Shown piece by piece: positions 63,676 to 64,000 of a stretch of 64,000 nt of DNA (its first letter is position 1; each line of letters opens with the position of its first letter). Below the pieces are notes generated by a model, which searched no databases, was not told the origin of the DNA, and was given only the letters and a program-made list of their open reading frames with translations. The DNA is taken from positions 258,519 through 322,518 of IMG/VR virus record IMGVR_UViG_3300015050_001523; one strand, given 5' to 3'. The position numbers and the translations under genes were made by a program. The DNA comes from a virus (Duplodnaviria; Caudoviricetes).

Positions 63676-64000
63676 AATTACAAGCATTTCAATAAATCCT
63701 AGTGGACTGATTCATGATTCTTTTGGGAATAAAGAATGGCTTAAAAATGGAAAACGCCATCGAGAAGACGGTCCTGCTATTGAATGGTCAGCAAACGGAG
63801 AAAAACAATGGTGGATTAATGGGAAACTTCACCGAGAAGATGGTCCTGCTATTGAATGGGCGGATGGAAGTAAGTGGTATTATGTAAATGGCCAACGCCA
63901 TCGAGAAGACGGTCCTGCTATTGAAGGGATTGATGGATTTAAATTTTATTACTTAAATAATATAAATTTTTCTGAAGAAGATTATTGGAAAGAAATTAAA
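63665..64000 (+). CDS. HREDGPAIE (MORN-variant/YwqK-like) repeat protein, running off the window edge
   Basis: My translation: FSKITSISINPSGLIHDSFGNKEWLKNGKRHREDGPAIEWSANGEKQWWINGKLHREDGPAIEWADGSKWYYVNGQRHREDGPAIEGIDGFKFYYLNN..., with no stop. TTG start after GGAGGG. Not in the ORF track. Confidence 0.8.
   Translation, partial: MFSKITSISINPSGLIHDSFGNKEWLKNGKRHREDGPAIEWSANGEKQWWINGKLHREDGPAIEWADGSKWYYVNGQRHREDGPAIEGIDGFKFYYLNNINFSEEDYWKEIK

Noticed and set aside
63714-63887. ATG-initiated ORF in another frame over the terminal repeats
   Set aside because: It is the off-frame reading of the HREDGPAIE repeat gene and yields no recognisable protein.
63753-63925. Diversity-generating retroelement TR/VR pair
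   Set aside because: The repeats are in-frame units of one gene, are identical rather than adenine-mismatched, and no reverse transcriptase is present.
1-64000. Stop-codon reassignment, seen in some huge phages
   Set aside because: Core genes are full length in code 11, and TAA, TAG (e.g. 16155, 22103, 34690) and TGA (e.g. 10392, 45680) all end genes at sensible boundaries.

Overview
A 64-kb, strongly AT-rich segment of a large (probably jumbo/huge) T4-superfamily myovirus genome. All but one of the credible genes are on the + strand and the standard genetic code fits. Gene order: distal baseplate/tail-fibre-attachment genes (2-8949, first ORF cut by the window edge); RuvC, primase and a fused Mre11-Rad50 (SbcD-SbcC); terminase, portal, prohead protease, scaffold and major capsid protein; an accessory island (truncated terminase-ATPase paralogue, PcfJ-like protein, antisense zincin); neck and tail completion, two tandem ~1000-aa tail sheath paralogues, tube, chaperone pair, tape measure and hub; then a minimal family-A polymerase, a degenerate HD protein, SSB, RecA/UvsX, dUTPase and a repeat protein running off the right edge. 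I saw no tRNA, rRNA, CRISPR array, intron, intein or transposase. The most interesting non-obvious signals are: (1) a TAnTTA motif before virion genes, but not before replication genes, that at several loci sits inside a hairpin occluding the ribosome-binding site; (2) about a dozen scattered hypothetical ORFs with a shared N-terminal '[LIV]xE' leader resembling prohead-protease sites, suggesting a head-packaged cargo set; (3) a scaffold carrying a duplicated, cleavage-flanked basic peptide; (4) a U7 site that would need a +1 (or -2) slip to fuse the tail chaperone ORFs; (5) the sheath duplication and the nuclease-less terminase paralogue. All family assignments come from motifs recognised by eye; no database search was run.
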